A stretch of 64,000 nt of DNA from the human T2T-CHM13v2.0 reference genome, Homo sapiens (GCF_009914755.1 NC_060926.1); one strand, 5' to 3'. Numbered from the stretch's first letter, positions 29,101-42,729 are shown. Notes: generated from the letters alone by a model not told the origin. Translations and numbers: made by a program.

Positions 29101-30848
29101 AAAGATCCAGAATCGCCAAAGCTATCCTGAACAAAAAGAACAAAACTGGAGAAATTATATTACCTGACTTCAAATTATACTACAGAGCTATAGTAAACAA
29201 AATAGTATGGCACTGGCATAAAAACAGACTTACAGACCAATGGAACAGAATAGGGAACCCAGAAAAAAGTCCATACATTTACAGGAACTCATTTTCAGCA
29301 AATGAGGACATACATTGGAAAAGTACAGTCTTTTCCATAAACGGTCCTGAAAAAAATGGATATCTATAGGCAGAAGAAGAAAACCAGACCCCTATCTCTC
29401 ACTATGTACAAAAATCAAGCCAAAATAGATTAAAGACTTAAATCTAAAACCTCAAACTATAAAACTACTACAAGAAAACATTGAGGAAACTCTCCAGGAC
29501 ATTGGACTGGGCAAAGATTTCTTGAGTAATACCCCACAAGCACAGGCAACCAAAGCAAAAAGGACAAATGGGATCACAGCAAGCCAAAAGGCTTCTACAT
29601 AGCAAAGGAAACAATCAACAAGGTGAAGGGGCAACCCACAGAATGTGAGAAAATATTTTCAAACTACCCATCTGATAAGAGATTAATAACCAGGTGATAT
29701 AAGGAGTTGAAACAACTCTATAGAAAAAAAAATCTTGTAATCTGATTTTAAAAATAGGCAGAATATCTGAATAGACATTTCTCAAAAGAAGATATACAAA
29801 TGGCAGATATAAAAACATGCTCAACATCATTGGTCATCAGAGAAATTCAAATCAAAACAGAGACATTATCTTACTTACTGTACACTTTCTGTACATTGGG
29901 GAAAGTACAGAAAGAGACTGTATTTCCCCAGTGATGTTTATCCAAAAGTCAGGCAATAACAAATGCTGGCAAAGATGTAGAGAAAAGGGAAACCTCCTAC
30001 TCTGTTGGTGGGAATGTAAACTAGTAAAGCCACTATAGAGAACAGTTGGAGGTTACTCAAAAAAAAAAAAAGGAAAAACAGAGCGACCATATGATCCATC
30101 AATCCTATTGCTAGGTACTCAAAATAAAGGAAATGAGTATATAAAAGTGATATCTGCATTTCCATGTTTATTGCAGCACTTCACAACCACCAAGATTTGG
30201 AAGCAACCTAACTGTCCATCAACCAGTGAATGGATAAAGAAAATGTGGTACATATACACAGTGGATGATTATATACACATTTCAGCCATTAAAAAAATGA
30301 GATCCTGTCATTTGCAACAACATGGATGGAACTGAAGGTCATTATGTCAAGTGAAATAAGCCAGACACAGAAAGACAAACTTCACATGTTCCACTCATTT
30401 TGGAAGCTAAATTTAAAACAACTGGACTAGTGGAGATAGAGAGTAGAATAATGGTTATCAGGGGCTGGGAAGGGTAGTGGGGGTGGGGGCTAGCATAAAT
30501 GGTTAATGGGTATAATAAATAGAGAGAATGAATAAGATCTAGTATTTGGTAGCACAAATACAAGAATATAGCACAAGGGTGACTACAGTCAATAATAGTC
30601 AAATATAGTCAAATAGTCAAATATAGCACAAAGGTGACTATAGTCAATAATAATTTAATTGTACATTTTAAAATAACTAAGAGTATAATTGGTTTGTTTG
30701 TAATACAAAGGATAAATGCTCGATATGATGGATACCTCATTTACCCTGATGTGATTATTACACATTGCATGCCTGTATCAAAATATCTCATGTACCCCAT
30801 CAATATATATACCTACTGTGCACTCACAAAAAATAAAAACTTAAAAAA
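23163..30848 (+). mobile_element. Essentially full-length L1MA (about L1MA2/3), ORF1 and ORF2 disrupted
   Basis: About 2-kb 5' UTR, ORF1 remnant about 25200-26120, ORF2 remnant from about 26620 (LQETHF, endonuclease) to about 30350, 3' UTR ending in an A tail; degenerate TSD aaaaatttatgctctg / aaaaacttctctg. Confidence 0.95.
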
Positions 30849-32430
30849 CTTCTCTGTGATAAACATTGTCAATAGAATAAAAAGAGAAGCCTAAAACCAA
30901 AAGGAAGTATTTGTAAATAACATATCTGATGAAAGACTCTTATCCAAAACATGCAAAGAACACATAAAACTCAACAATAATAAAAAACCTGATTTAAAAA
31001 TGAGCCATAGACCCTAAAAGACACATCATAAATGAAGATATACAAGGAGCAAATAAGCAATGTCATAATCAGGGCAATGTAAATTAAAACATAAATAAGA
31101 TACCACTACACAGTTATTAGAATGGCCAAAATCCAGAACACTGAACACCACCAGATGCTGAAGAGGATGTAGAGCCATGGGAACTCTCATTCACTGTTGG
31201 TGGCAATGCAAAATAATACAGCCACTTTGGAAGACAGTTTGGCAGTTTCGTACAAAGCTATATAAACTCTTACCATATAATCCAGCAATTGTGTTGGAGG
31301 CCAAAAGATTGAGGGTCATGATCAACTCAGTATACCACTGGAGGCTATATGAGTAAACAGCAAACAGTCCTTATAAATGCAGAATGTTGGCAAACTGACA
31401 AACTGCGTCTGCTGCCCAGAAGGAATGTGGAAGGCAGTCACGACCCAGGCACAAGTGTTGCTTGTGATTAGGCACATCTGAAGCCTGTTAGCAATAAATG
31501 AACCTGTGATCAATTAAGCAGCTGACCAATCATCACCTCCTCCCTGCTCTTTGTCCCCAGTAAATACGAAAGGCTGTCGAAGCTCAGGGGCTGCCTTTGC
31601 TCACCAGAAGCAGGTAGCTCTCTTCTTCTTCTCCTGACCCCTTCTTTTAAAACAGTTTCTTTTGTCTTAAGTTTTCATTTCTATGTTCGTCCCTTCATTC
31701 AGTCTCATAATAATGGTCTCAAGTAGTACCAGTAGTGACAGTCTCAAGTAGTAACTGTGGCAGTCAGCCACACAATTGCACTCCTTGGTATCTATTCAAA
31801 GGAGCTGAAAACTTACTTCCACACAAAAACCTGTACATGGATGTTTATTGCAGCTTTATTCATAATTGCCAAAACTTGGAAGCAACTAAGACGTCCTTCA
31901 GTAGGTGAATGGATAAATGATGGTATGTCCAGGCACAATGAATTGTTATTTAATGTCAAAAAGAAATAAGTTATCAGGCCATAAAAAGACAGGGAGGAAA
32001 TACAAATGCATATTACTAAATGAAAGAAGCCAATCTGAAAAGGCTACATACTGTATGTTCCCAATGATATGACATTCTGGAAAAGGCAAAACTATGAAGA
32101 TAGTAAAAAGATCAGTGGTCTCCAGGAGTTAGGGGATTAGTATAGTGTCATACTATAGTATCATAATCTGCATGGTGAGTATGTGTAATTAAAAATTTGT
32201 CCAAGCTCATAGGATGTGCAGCATCAAGAGTAAACCCTAATTTAAACTACGGACTTCGGGTGATGGTGATGTGTCAGTGTAACCTCATCAACTGTAGCAA
32301 ATGTACCACTCAATGGAGGATGTTGGTAATGGAGGAGGCCACACAAGTACAGGGGTAGAGGGACATATATCTCTGTACCTTCTGCTCAGTTTTGCTGTGA
32401 ATCTAAAACTGCTCTAAAAAATGGTCAATT
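30849..32430 (+). mobile_element. L1MC/MB ORF2 end and 3' UTR (right piece of host element, split by an LTR)
   Basis: Continues from 23162; LLGIYSKELKTYFHTKTCTWMFIAALF at 31780-31870; L1MC-type 3' UTR. Confidence 0.85.
31292..31772 (+). mobile_element. ERVK-class solo LTR (LTR3-like, HML-6)
   Basis: 481 bp with TG...CA termini and perfect 6-bp TSD caattg (31286-31291, 31773-31778); start tgttggaggccaaaagattgagggtc resembles LTR3. Confidence 0.85.
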
Positions 32431-32826
32431 TCTTAAAAAGAAAATAAGTACTAGTGCTATAATGTATATGAATCTTGAAATATTATGCTAAGTAAAAAGC
32501 CAAACACAAATAACCACATATTATGTTATTTCATTTATTCAAAATGTCCTGAAATGGCACATCTATAGAGACATATCTAGATTAGTGGTTTCTATAGACT
32601 GGGGTTAATGAGTAAGGAAAAGAGAAAGCTAATGGCTATGGGGTTTTGGCGAGGAGGGAAGATTAAAATGTCCAAAAATTAGTGTTGATGGTTGCAAGGC
32701 ACTGTGAATATACTAAAAAGCACTTAATTATACAGTCTAAAAGGATAGATTTTATAAGATGTAAGTTGTATCTCAATCTGTTTTTTAAAAAGATCAGCCT
32801 CTAAAAATTTCTTCACCAGGAAAGTT

Positions 32827-32886
32827 CTATTAAGTGTGTAGTCAACGATAAGTGTGTAGTCACTATTAAGTGTGTAGTCACTTAAG
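32827..32886. repeat. Three copies of an 18-bp tandem unit (core taagtgtgtagtca)
   Basis: ctattaagtgtgtagtca-acgataagtgtgtagtca-ctattaagtgtgtagtca, read directly. Confidence 0.9.
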
Positions 32887-35800
32887 CATGACATTAAGGT
32901 AACTTTTTTCAATCCATGGGCTCCACCCATTTCTTTTTTTAAACACTTTATTGGGGATGATTAGCATACAAAAAACTGCACATAATTAATGTGCACAACT
33001 TGATGAGTTCAGAGATAAGTGTATAATCTTGAAACCATCATCACAACAAAGGTTATAAACTTGAACTCATCACTTGCCAACATTTCTTCCTGCCATCTTT
33101 ATTATTTTTATTTTTATTCATTTATAAGCATTTTCTTTTGTGGTAAGAGGTCTTAATAAACAATCTACCCTCTCAGCAAATGTTTAAGTATACTATACAT
33201 TATTGTTAACTATGGGCCCTTCGTTGTACAGTAGACCTCCAGAACTTACTCATCTTGCATAACTAAAATTTTGTACTCTTTGAATGACACCTCTTCCTTT
33301 CCCCTCCCCCCAGCCTCAGATGACCACTATTCTACTCTCTGGTTCTACGAGTTTTACTATTTCAGATTCCTCATAAAGGTGGTTTTATGCAGTACTTGCC
33401 CTCCTGTGCCTGCTTATTTCACTTAGCATAATGTCTTAGTTCCATTCGTATTATCGCAATGGCAAGATTTCCTTCTTGTGTAAGGTTAATCATATTCCAT
33501 TATATGAATATACCACGTTTTCTTTATCCATCCATTTGTCTATGGACATTTAGGATATTTCTATATCTTGGCTATTGTGAGTAATGCTGCAATGAACATG
33601 ACAGTGCAGATATATTTTTGAGATCCAGATTTCAATTTCTTTGAATAAACACTCAGAAACGGGATTGCTGAATCATATGGTAATTATATTTTTACTTTTT
33701 TAGGAAACTCCATACTGTTTTCAATAGCAGCTGCACCAAGTTATTACATTAATAATACATTAATACATTCCCACCAACAGTGTACAGGGTTCCCTTTTCC
33801 CTACATCCTTGACAAAACTTGCTACCTTTTGGGTTTTTTAAATAATAGCCTTTTAAACTGGTGTGAGGTGATATACCATTGTTTTGATTTGCATTTCCCT
33901 GACAATTAGTGATGTTGAGTACCTTTGCATATACTTGTTGGCTATTTATATGTCTTCTCTGGTGAAATGTCTACTAAATCTTATATGTTTTTGATATTAA
34001 CCCCTTATCAAATGGATGGTTTGCAAATACTTTCACCCATTCAGTAGGTTGTCTTTACTTTTTGTTGAGTGTTCTCTTCGTTGTGAAGAAGCTTCTTGGT
34101 TTGATATAATCCCACTTGTCTATGCTTGCTTTTGTTACCTACGCTTTTGGTGTCATATCCAAGAAATCATTGTCAAATCCAATGTCTGGAAGCTTTTACT
34201 CTGTTTTCTTCTAAGAGTTTTGCTTCAGGTTTTGCACTGAAGCCCTTAAATCATTTTGAGTTGATTTTTGTATATGGTATGAGATAAGAATCCAAAGTCA
34301 TTCTTTGCCTGTGGGTATCCAGTTTTCCCAATACCATTTATTGAAGAGACTATCTTTTCCCCATTATGTATTCTTGATACCATCATCAAGATTAGTTGAC
34401 TTTATGTGTATAGTTTTGTTTCTGGGCTCTCTATTCTGTTTCATTTATCTATATGGCTGCATTTAAGTAAGTACCATAGTGTATTTATTTCTGTAGCTTG
34501 TTATATATTATGAAATCAGAGAGCATGAACAGCTTTGTTCTTTATTCTCAAAATTACATTGGCTATTCAGGGTCTTTTGTGGTTCCAAATAAACTTTAGA
34601 ATTGGTTTTTTTCTATGCCTGCAAAAATTGCCATCAGGATTTTCATAAATATTTCATTGAATGTGTAGATTATTTTCAATAGTATAAAGATTTTAACAAT
34701 ATTAACTCTTCCAATCTATGAACACAAAACATCCTTCCATTAATTCATGTTTTTAATTTTTTCAACAATATTTTATAATTTTCAGTGTAGAAGTCTTTTG
34801 CCTCCTGGGTTAAGTTTATTCCTAAGTATTTTACCTGTTTTGATGCTATTGTAAGTAAAATTTTTTCTTAATTTCCCTCTCAGGAAATTCCTTGTTGGTG
34901 TATCAAAGTGCAATTGATTTTTACATGTTGATTTTGTGTCCTGAAACTTTACTGAATCTATGTATTAATTTTTATATTATTTTTGTGGTATCTATAGGCT
35001 TTCTACAAATAAGATGACATCATTTGCAATCAGGACGATTTTTACTTCTTCCTTTGTCACTTGGGTGTCTTTTACTTCTTTGTCTTGCCTATTTGCTATG
35101 GCTAGGACTTCCAGTATTATGGTAAATAGGAGAGGCAAGAGTGGCATCCTTACCATGTTCTGGATGCTAGAGGGAAAGCTTTCAGCTTTTCACCATTGGT
35201 ATGATGTGAGCTGTGGGCTAATCATAAATGGCCTTTATTGTATGAAGTCATTTCCTTCTATATATAATATGTTGAGTTTTTATTATGGAAGAGTGTTGAA
35301 TTCTATCAAATGCTTTTCTTAAATCTATTGAGATTATAATGTGATTTTTACTCTTCATTCTGTTAATGTAAACCATCCTTGCATCCCAGGAATAAATCCT
35401 ACTTTGTCATAGTGTATGATCCTTTTAAACATGCTGTTGAATTTGGTTGGCTAGTATTTTGTGAAGATTTTTGCATCTATTTTTATAAAAGATATTAGCC
35501 TATAGTTCCTTTTCTTGTGGTGCCTTTGGTAACTGAATGATGCCTCAAAAACTGAATTTGGAAATGTTTCTTGTTCTTTTCTTTTTTTTAAGTTTATGAC
35601 AAATTGGTATGTCTTCTTCTTTAAATGTTTGATAAAATTATCCCTGAAGCCATCTGGTTCTGGGCTTTTATTTACTGAAAGGTTTTATTATTATTATTAT
35701 TACTGCTTCAATGTCCTTACTTGTTATTGGTCTGTTCAGAAGTGCTATTTCTTCTTTATTCTGTGTTAGTAGGTTGCATGTTTCTAGGAATTATCCATTT

Positions 35801-36618
35801 CTTCTAGTTTGTTCAAACTGTTGATGTATAATTGTTTGTCAGAGTCCCTACAATCCTTTTGATTTTGGTGACATCAACTGCAGTATCTCTACTTTCATTT
35901 CTGATTTTATTTGAATCTTCTCTTTTTTCCTTAGTTAGCCTAGGTTTGTTAATCTTCTTTATCTTTTCAAAGAACAAAGAATTTCATTGATTCTTTTTCT
36001 ATTGTTTTCCTATTCTGTATTTCATTTATTTCTACTCTATTTGTTTTTCTTCTGCTAAGTTGGGACTTCATTTTTTCTTTTTCTAGTTTCTTGAGGTACA
36101 AAGTTACCTTGTTAATTTGAGATCTTTCTTCTTTTTCAATGCAGATGTTTATTTCTATAAACTTCCCTTTTAGTACTGCTTTGCCTATATCCCAAAAGTT
36201 TGGGTATGTTTTGTTTTTGTTTGTTTCAAGATATTTTTTAATTTCCTTTTTTATTTTTATTTGACCCAATAGTTATTTAAGAATGTGTTGTTTAATTTCC
36301 ACATTTTTGTGAATTTTTCCAGCTTCTTTCTATTATTGATTTCTAGTTTCATTCCATTATGATCAGGTAAAATACTTTAAATGATTTTAATTTTATTGAA
36401 TTTGTTGAGAATTGTTTTGTGATCTAGCATGGACTCTATGCTGGAGAATGTTTACGTGTATTTGGGAAGAATGAGTATTCTGCTGATATTGAGTAGAATG
36501 CTCTATATATGTCTGTTAGGTCCATTTAGCCTATAGTATTCTTCAGTTCTGCTGTTTTATTGATTTTCTATCTAGATGATCTATCCTTTATTGAGAGTGG
36601 GGTATTAAAGTTACTTAT

Positions 36619-36909
<291 letters not shown>

Positions 36910-37927
36910 TTACATACTAGTATTATGTTTCTATTTCTTCTTTCAATTCCAAAATGTTTGCTTTATATACTTAGGGTCTTTGATGTTGGGCGAATATATA
37001 TTTATAATTGTTAATCTTTTTATAAAGTTGGCCCTTTATCATCATTTAATGACCTTATTTGTCTCTTATGTAATTCTTTGATTTAAAGTGTATTTTGTCT
37101 GATATAAATGTAGCCACTCCTGCTTTCTTTTGGCTACTTTTTACATGGACTATCTTTTGCCACCCCCTTCACTTTTAGCCTAAGTGTGTCACTTAAATTG
37201 GGTCTCTTGTACACAGCATATAGTTGGCTATTACCTGTTCTTTTAAATCCACTCAGCCATTTATGTCTTTTGATTGGGGAGTTTAGCCCTTTAAATTTAA
37301 AGTAATTAGTGATAGGTAAGTACACTACAATTAACTTGACATTTTGTTAATTGTTTTGTGTCTCTTTTATAGTTTTTCTCTTCCTTTCTTCCTCTCTTGT
37401 TATCTTTATTGTGTTTTGATGGCTTTTGTAGTTATATACTTTGATTCTTTTCTCTTTATCTTTGGTGTATCTACTGGAGGTTTTTTCTTATGGTTACAAT
37501 AAGGCTTGAATTGAACATTTTATAATTGTGACAGTCTATTTGAAGCTGACAACATCTTAACTACAATTGCATACAGAAATTTACACTTTACTCCTCCACA
37601 ACTTTATGTTATTGATGTCAGATATTACTTCTTTTTTATATTATGTTTCCATTAACAAATTTCTGTTGTTACAGGAATTCTTAATAATGTTGTCTTTTAA
37701 CTCATTATAGTGTTAAAAGTAATTTATGTGTCACCATTACAACATTACAATATTCTGTTTATCTTTATATCGACCTTTATAGTGAGATTTATAATTTCAT
37801 ATGTCTTGGTGTTGCTGTTTAACTTTTTTTTTTTTCATTTCACTGTTAATACCTCTTATAAGGTAGATCTAGTGGTGACAAACTCCTTTAGCTTTTGTTA
37901 GTTTGGGAAAGTCTTTATTTCCCCATC

Positions 37928-38234
37928 TTTTATTTATTTATTTTTTTTATTTTTTTTGAGACGGAGTTTCACTCTTTGGCCCAGGCTGGAGTGCAGTGGC
38001 GTGATCTCGGCTCACTGCAAGCTCCGCCTCCAGGGTTCACGCCATTCTCCTGCCTCAGCCTCCTGAGTAGCTGGGACTACAGGCACCCACCACCATGCCC
38101 GGCAAAATATTTTTTTAGTAGAGACGGGGTTTCACCATGTTAGCCAGGATGGTCTCGATCTCCTGACCTCATGATCCGCCCACCTCGGCCTCCCAAAGTG
38201 CTGGGATTACAGGCATAAGCCACCGTGCCTGGCC
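37928..38234 (-). mobile_element. AluY-like
   Basis: AluY diagnostics cactgcaagctccgcctc...ttcacgccattctcc and ttagccaggatggtctcgatc; retains many CpGs. Confidence 0.95.
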
Positions 38235-38374
38235 ATCTCTCCATCATTTTTAAAGGACAGTTTAGTTGGGTATAATACAGATACCCAGCATCAGCAATAT
38301 AATACAGATTTTTTTTTTTTCCTTTCAGTATGCTGAATGTATCATCCCATTCTTTCCTGGCCTGTAACATTTCT

Positions 38375-41178
38375 TTCTTTTTAATAAGATGATTTTAAAA
38401 TTTATTTTTATTTTTAAGATTAAGCATCCCCTTTGACAATCCAGAAACATAGTCCTTGCTCACTCTTTGGATACACACACCTAAAACAGTTAAAAGTGAT
38501 TCCTCAATTTTCAATGACACAGTAGGAAAAAAGAATATGTTCTCAAGCAGCAGTTCAATTTTTCTGTCCTCTTTTCCAAATAAATCTTACTTTGCTACCA
38601 AGCCACTCATCAAACTATAAGAAAAGACAATTTTTCAAAAAGCCAAGAAAACCCAGAAAAAGGAATAGGTATCAATCCAAAATTATCACCCAAAATACTG
38701 CCATTGCAAAAAAAAAAAAAAAAAGTGGAAGCCAAATTCCCATAGCTTGTTAGAGAAGATATTTAAAAAGAATTCAGAAAGTCAGGACTGGAACTACAGT
38801 GGTATAGACAGATTATACTGTCACTACAGGCATATACGGTGCTAAATGTGGATAATTCAAGAACTTTCAACTTGGGAATATATTAGGCTTTCTCCTATTC
38901 CAGCAGAGGAAATAAAAACAGACATTGCTGGAATTAATATTAAAAGTGTCCTTACAAACAGAAGGTAGGGCAAAGGTAAAGAGGGGGAATGTGGAACAAA
39001 AGTAGTAAAGACAAGTCATTTTGAATCTAGGCTCTGATGCCCAGGAAGGTTGAATAGAACTTAAATTCTTCTGAGCCAGTATCACTAAATTCTAGATTTG
39101 GCCTGAAACCAGTGGACCATATACACCACTAATAAATATCAAGTGCCCAACAGTATTTGTGGTATTACAAAATATTTTTAAAGTATTATAAATTTCCATT
39201 CTGAAAAGCAGTATATCAAAATAACACTGGACCACCCAGTCAGTTACAGAATACAGGGCTCCCTCCAAAGAGAACTGACTTGGCCAAAATTTAGGTTGGA
39301 AAGAATGTGAGTAACATGGAGTAAATTAGATCAGACTCGCAGTATAATTTTCATAAGCCTTCTACCCACCCCTGTTGTAAGGAGTAGTACTGAGGGAGCT
39401 CCAACAGAATGCCTTAGAGGGATGCTTCTCAGAGACAAAAAGGGTCTCTAAGTTTAACTCTTGACCCCTCTTTTCCTACCTAAAGCTTTGAGGAGAAAAT
39501 AAATATTTAACTATTCAGTGCTTTGCACACATTATATTTAATATTCTGTTCTTTCATTTTCTGAAGCTTTGGCTTATAATTTTGCTCAACTTACATTACA
39601 TTAAAAAATGTATGAATGCACCTTCATCAGTAGTACCACATGAAAATATAAAACTTGTTCTTCCATATATTCTATACAGGAAGAGTGAATAAATAGTGCC
39701 ATAAATATCCTGCAAGGCTACTTTGTGTACTTGACAAAAGATTAGGGAAAACCAATCCACTTCCATATCTTGAGCAGTCATTAACTAGTCTTCAATCCCA
39801 TCTTCCCAAATATCTCCATTAACATCCACAGCATGAAACAGCCCATTAAAACATGATGAGGTAGGATCAGTGAAATGTTTGTAAGAGTCTGCTCTAGAGA
39901 AAGAACCCATGCAAATCCAACAGAAATATTGCATACAGCCAGTACATGTCATCTTATTACATTCATCAATTTCTCTATGGGAGTTCCACAACATGGCAGC
40001 CCTTTGAGTTCTTTTCTAGCCCCTCCTTACTTTCCATCTCTTCCAGTGCCTTCTGAATCACCCTCTTACGATACCTTTGTTACAAAAATCTTTTATTGGC
40101 CTCATCTGCATTCAGGGATTTATTTCATAAGTCTATTAATTTATCTGCAGTCACCTTACATAGAGAGACCCCATGGTAGGTCAATTTGCCCAAGGTACAG
40201 AAGGCAAAATTGCAGCTAGAGCAGATGCCCATGCTGCAGCCAGGATTCTGCATCACGGGCAGCTGGGCAGCATGAGCAGGGGCAGTACACCACATGTGCC
40301 ATCAAGTTCAAAGTGGACTGGAGGAGAAGGCAGTGATAACAGGCACTAGCTCTTTGACCTGACCAGGAGTGGCCATCAAAGGACACTTTGGTTTTGGGCA
40401 GTTGAGGCATTGGACCTGACCATCTCTGATCTGGAGTTCAAAGTCGTCCTTCAGACAAGCTTTGCAGTATACATACCTGCCCTCCAAGAAGTACATGCAT
40501 TCACTGCCCAGCTTCTCACAGAAACATATTGCACAGGAAAAATTTACTATTAAAGCATTTTATGTGCTGAGCTTGATCAAAGTCCAAGATTTTCTGGATT
40601 AGACTTGACAGTGATTCCACATCCGCACAGCTCTCTCATCCACAATTTCCTCTTGGCCTACATTAGATCCAGCAGCTCCTCCAGTATCTAGCTTTGTGCT
40701 GGGAGAGGCTTGGGCTGTCATTCTCTACACTTATTTCTGAGAACCCATCTTGAGCTCAAAAGGAGAGACAATATTCAAGTACACTAGCGTCTCTTCCTTA
40801 ACAAACTGCATCCAGGCAAAAAGGACCATGCTGCCATGGTGTTCTTCCCATAGGATGTCTACATGCTTGCATAGAGCAGATAGCACTCACAAATATCTTG
40901 AAATTCTGTGGCAAATCCAAATGGAACCTGGTTTCTCCACTTTGAACAGACTCTGCTTTTCTAAATTCATCCCCATCATAAATACTCTCCAGGGCCAACA
41001 ATTCACCCTCCTGAGCTTCTCTGTCTTCTGACAACATTTAATTTTCTGAGGAACTGTTAATAACAATCAGAAGAAAGAGATATTAACACTGCAATCTCTG
41101 TTTCAGTTCAGAGTGGAGTTCATGCAAATCCCATTTATTCTCCAGCTGGTGGAGCTGAGACTGCTGAAGCTGGATATG
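38375..41178 (-). pseudogene. RNF14P: Processed pseudogene of RNF14 (RBR E3 ligase, ARA54)
   Basis: Fragments MLSEDREAQEGELLALESIYDGDEFRKAESVQ (ATG at 41037), YCKACLKDDFELQIRDGQVQCLNCP and CNKMTCTGCMQYFCWICMG...DIWEDGIED* (stop at 39785) match RNF14. Intronless, with frameshifts and in-frame stops (40731-40733, 40725-40727), about 1.4-kb 3' UTR, AATAAA near 38400, residual poly(A), and 18-bp TSD ctggcctgtaacatttct (38357-38374, 41179-41196). Confidence 0.97.
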
Positions 41179-41377
41179 CTGGCCTGTAACATTTCTGCTG
41201 TGAAGTCTGCTGATGGAAGTTCCCTTTTGTGTGAAAAGTTTCTTTCTCTTGCTGTTTTTAAAATTCTCTCTGACTTTTATAACGTAATTATAATGTTTTT
41301 CCAGTATACCTCTTCGGGTTCAGCCTATTTAGGAATCTTTGGGTTTCATGAATCAGAATGTCTATTTTCTTACCTAG

Positions 41378-41702
<325 letters not shown>

Positions 41703-42729
41703 CATTATTTTTAAAAATAAGATTTCTTCCCATTTCTCTTTTTATTTTCCTTCTTGGACTTCCATAATGGGTATATTGTTTCATTTGATGGTGTCCCATA
41801 ACTCCCATAAGATTTTTCACTCTTTTTTGTTCTTTTTTCTTTTTGTTCTTCTGACTGTATAATTTCAAATTAACTGCCATTGAATTCACCGACTCCTTCT
41901 GTTTGATTTAGCCTGCTGTGAAATGAAGATTGCTAGTAAATTTTTCAGACCAGACATTGTATTCTTTAGTTCCAGGATTTCAGTTTGATTCTTTCTTATG
42001 GTTTCTATTTCTCTGTTGAACTTCTCCTTTTGTTCATGTATTGTTTTCCTGATTTAGTTTCATTGTCTATGTTCTCTTGTAGCTCCTTAAGTTTCCTTAA
42101 GTCTACTATTTTTAATTATTTGTTAATTTTTTTTAGATCTCTATTTGTTTATTGTCATTTACTAGTGTTCTATTGAGTTTCTTTGATGGTATCATGGTTG
42201 CCTGATTTTTCAGGATTTCTGTAACCTTTTGTTAATGTCTGTGCACTTGAGGAAGCAGTCACCTCTTCTAGTTGTTACTAACTGGTGTTAGCAGGGAAAG
42301 ATCTTTGCCAGTCAACTCAATCAGATATTCCAGGTATATAAACTGGCACAGTTCACAGGTCAGCTGGGGGACAGTGTTCACAGGCATGTGTGTCTTTGGT
42401 GGGCCTGTTGCAGGTATTTGCAGGGGGCAGTCCTACTGTTGGGGTCTGTGGCTGGCCTGGGCTGCCACTGGAGTCCACAAATGGGTGTGGCTACCTTCAG
42501 GGTCTATAGGAAGGTGGGGTCACCATCATGTTCACAGGTGGGCCTGCTGCTGAGTCTACTGCCACGAAGCTCCATTTACTTTCTTTGTGCCTTACACAAA
42601 TTATGAAAGCTTATTAAGTTTGTAATTTTCCATCAGTTATGGATATCATACTTAAAGTACAGTTGTGACAATTTAATATTATATCATAGATAAAGTACCT
42701 GGCATGAGTTTTTGTCACTGTTGTAGAAT

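Noticed and set aside
30461-30489. G-quadruplex motif ggggctgggaagggtagtgggggtggggg
   Set aside because: It is the standard G-rich tract of L1 3' UTRs and is not locus-specific.
32827-32886. CRISPR-like direct repeats
   Set aside because: The DNA is eukaryotic, the gaps are only 4 bp rather than spacers, and there are no cas genes.
39785-41037. Functional RNF14 retrogene
   Set aside because: There is a frameshift at the skipped segment, in-frame TAA and TAG at 40725-40733 that also truncate the downstream-Met frame, and further indels.
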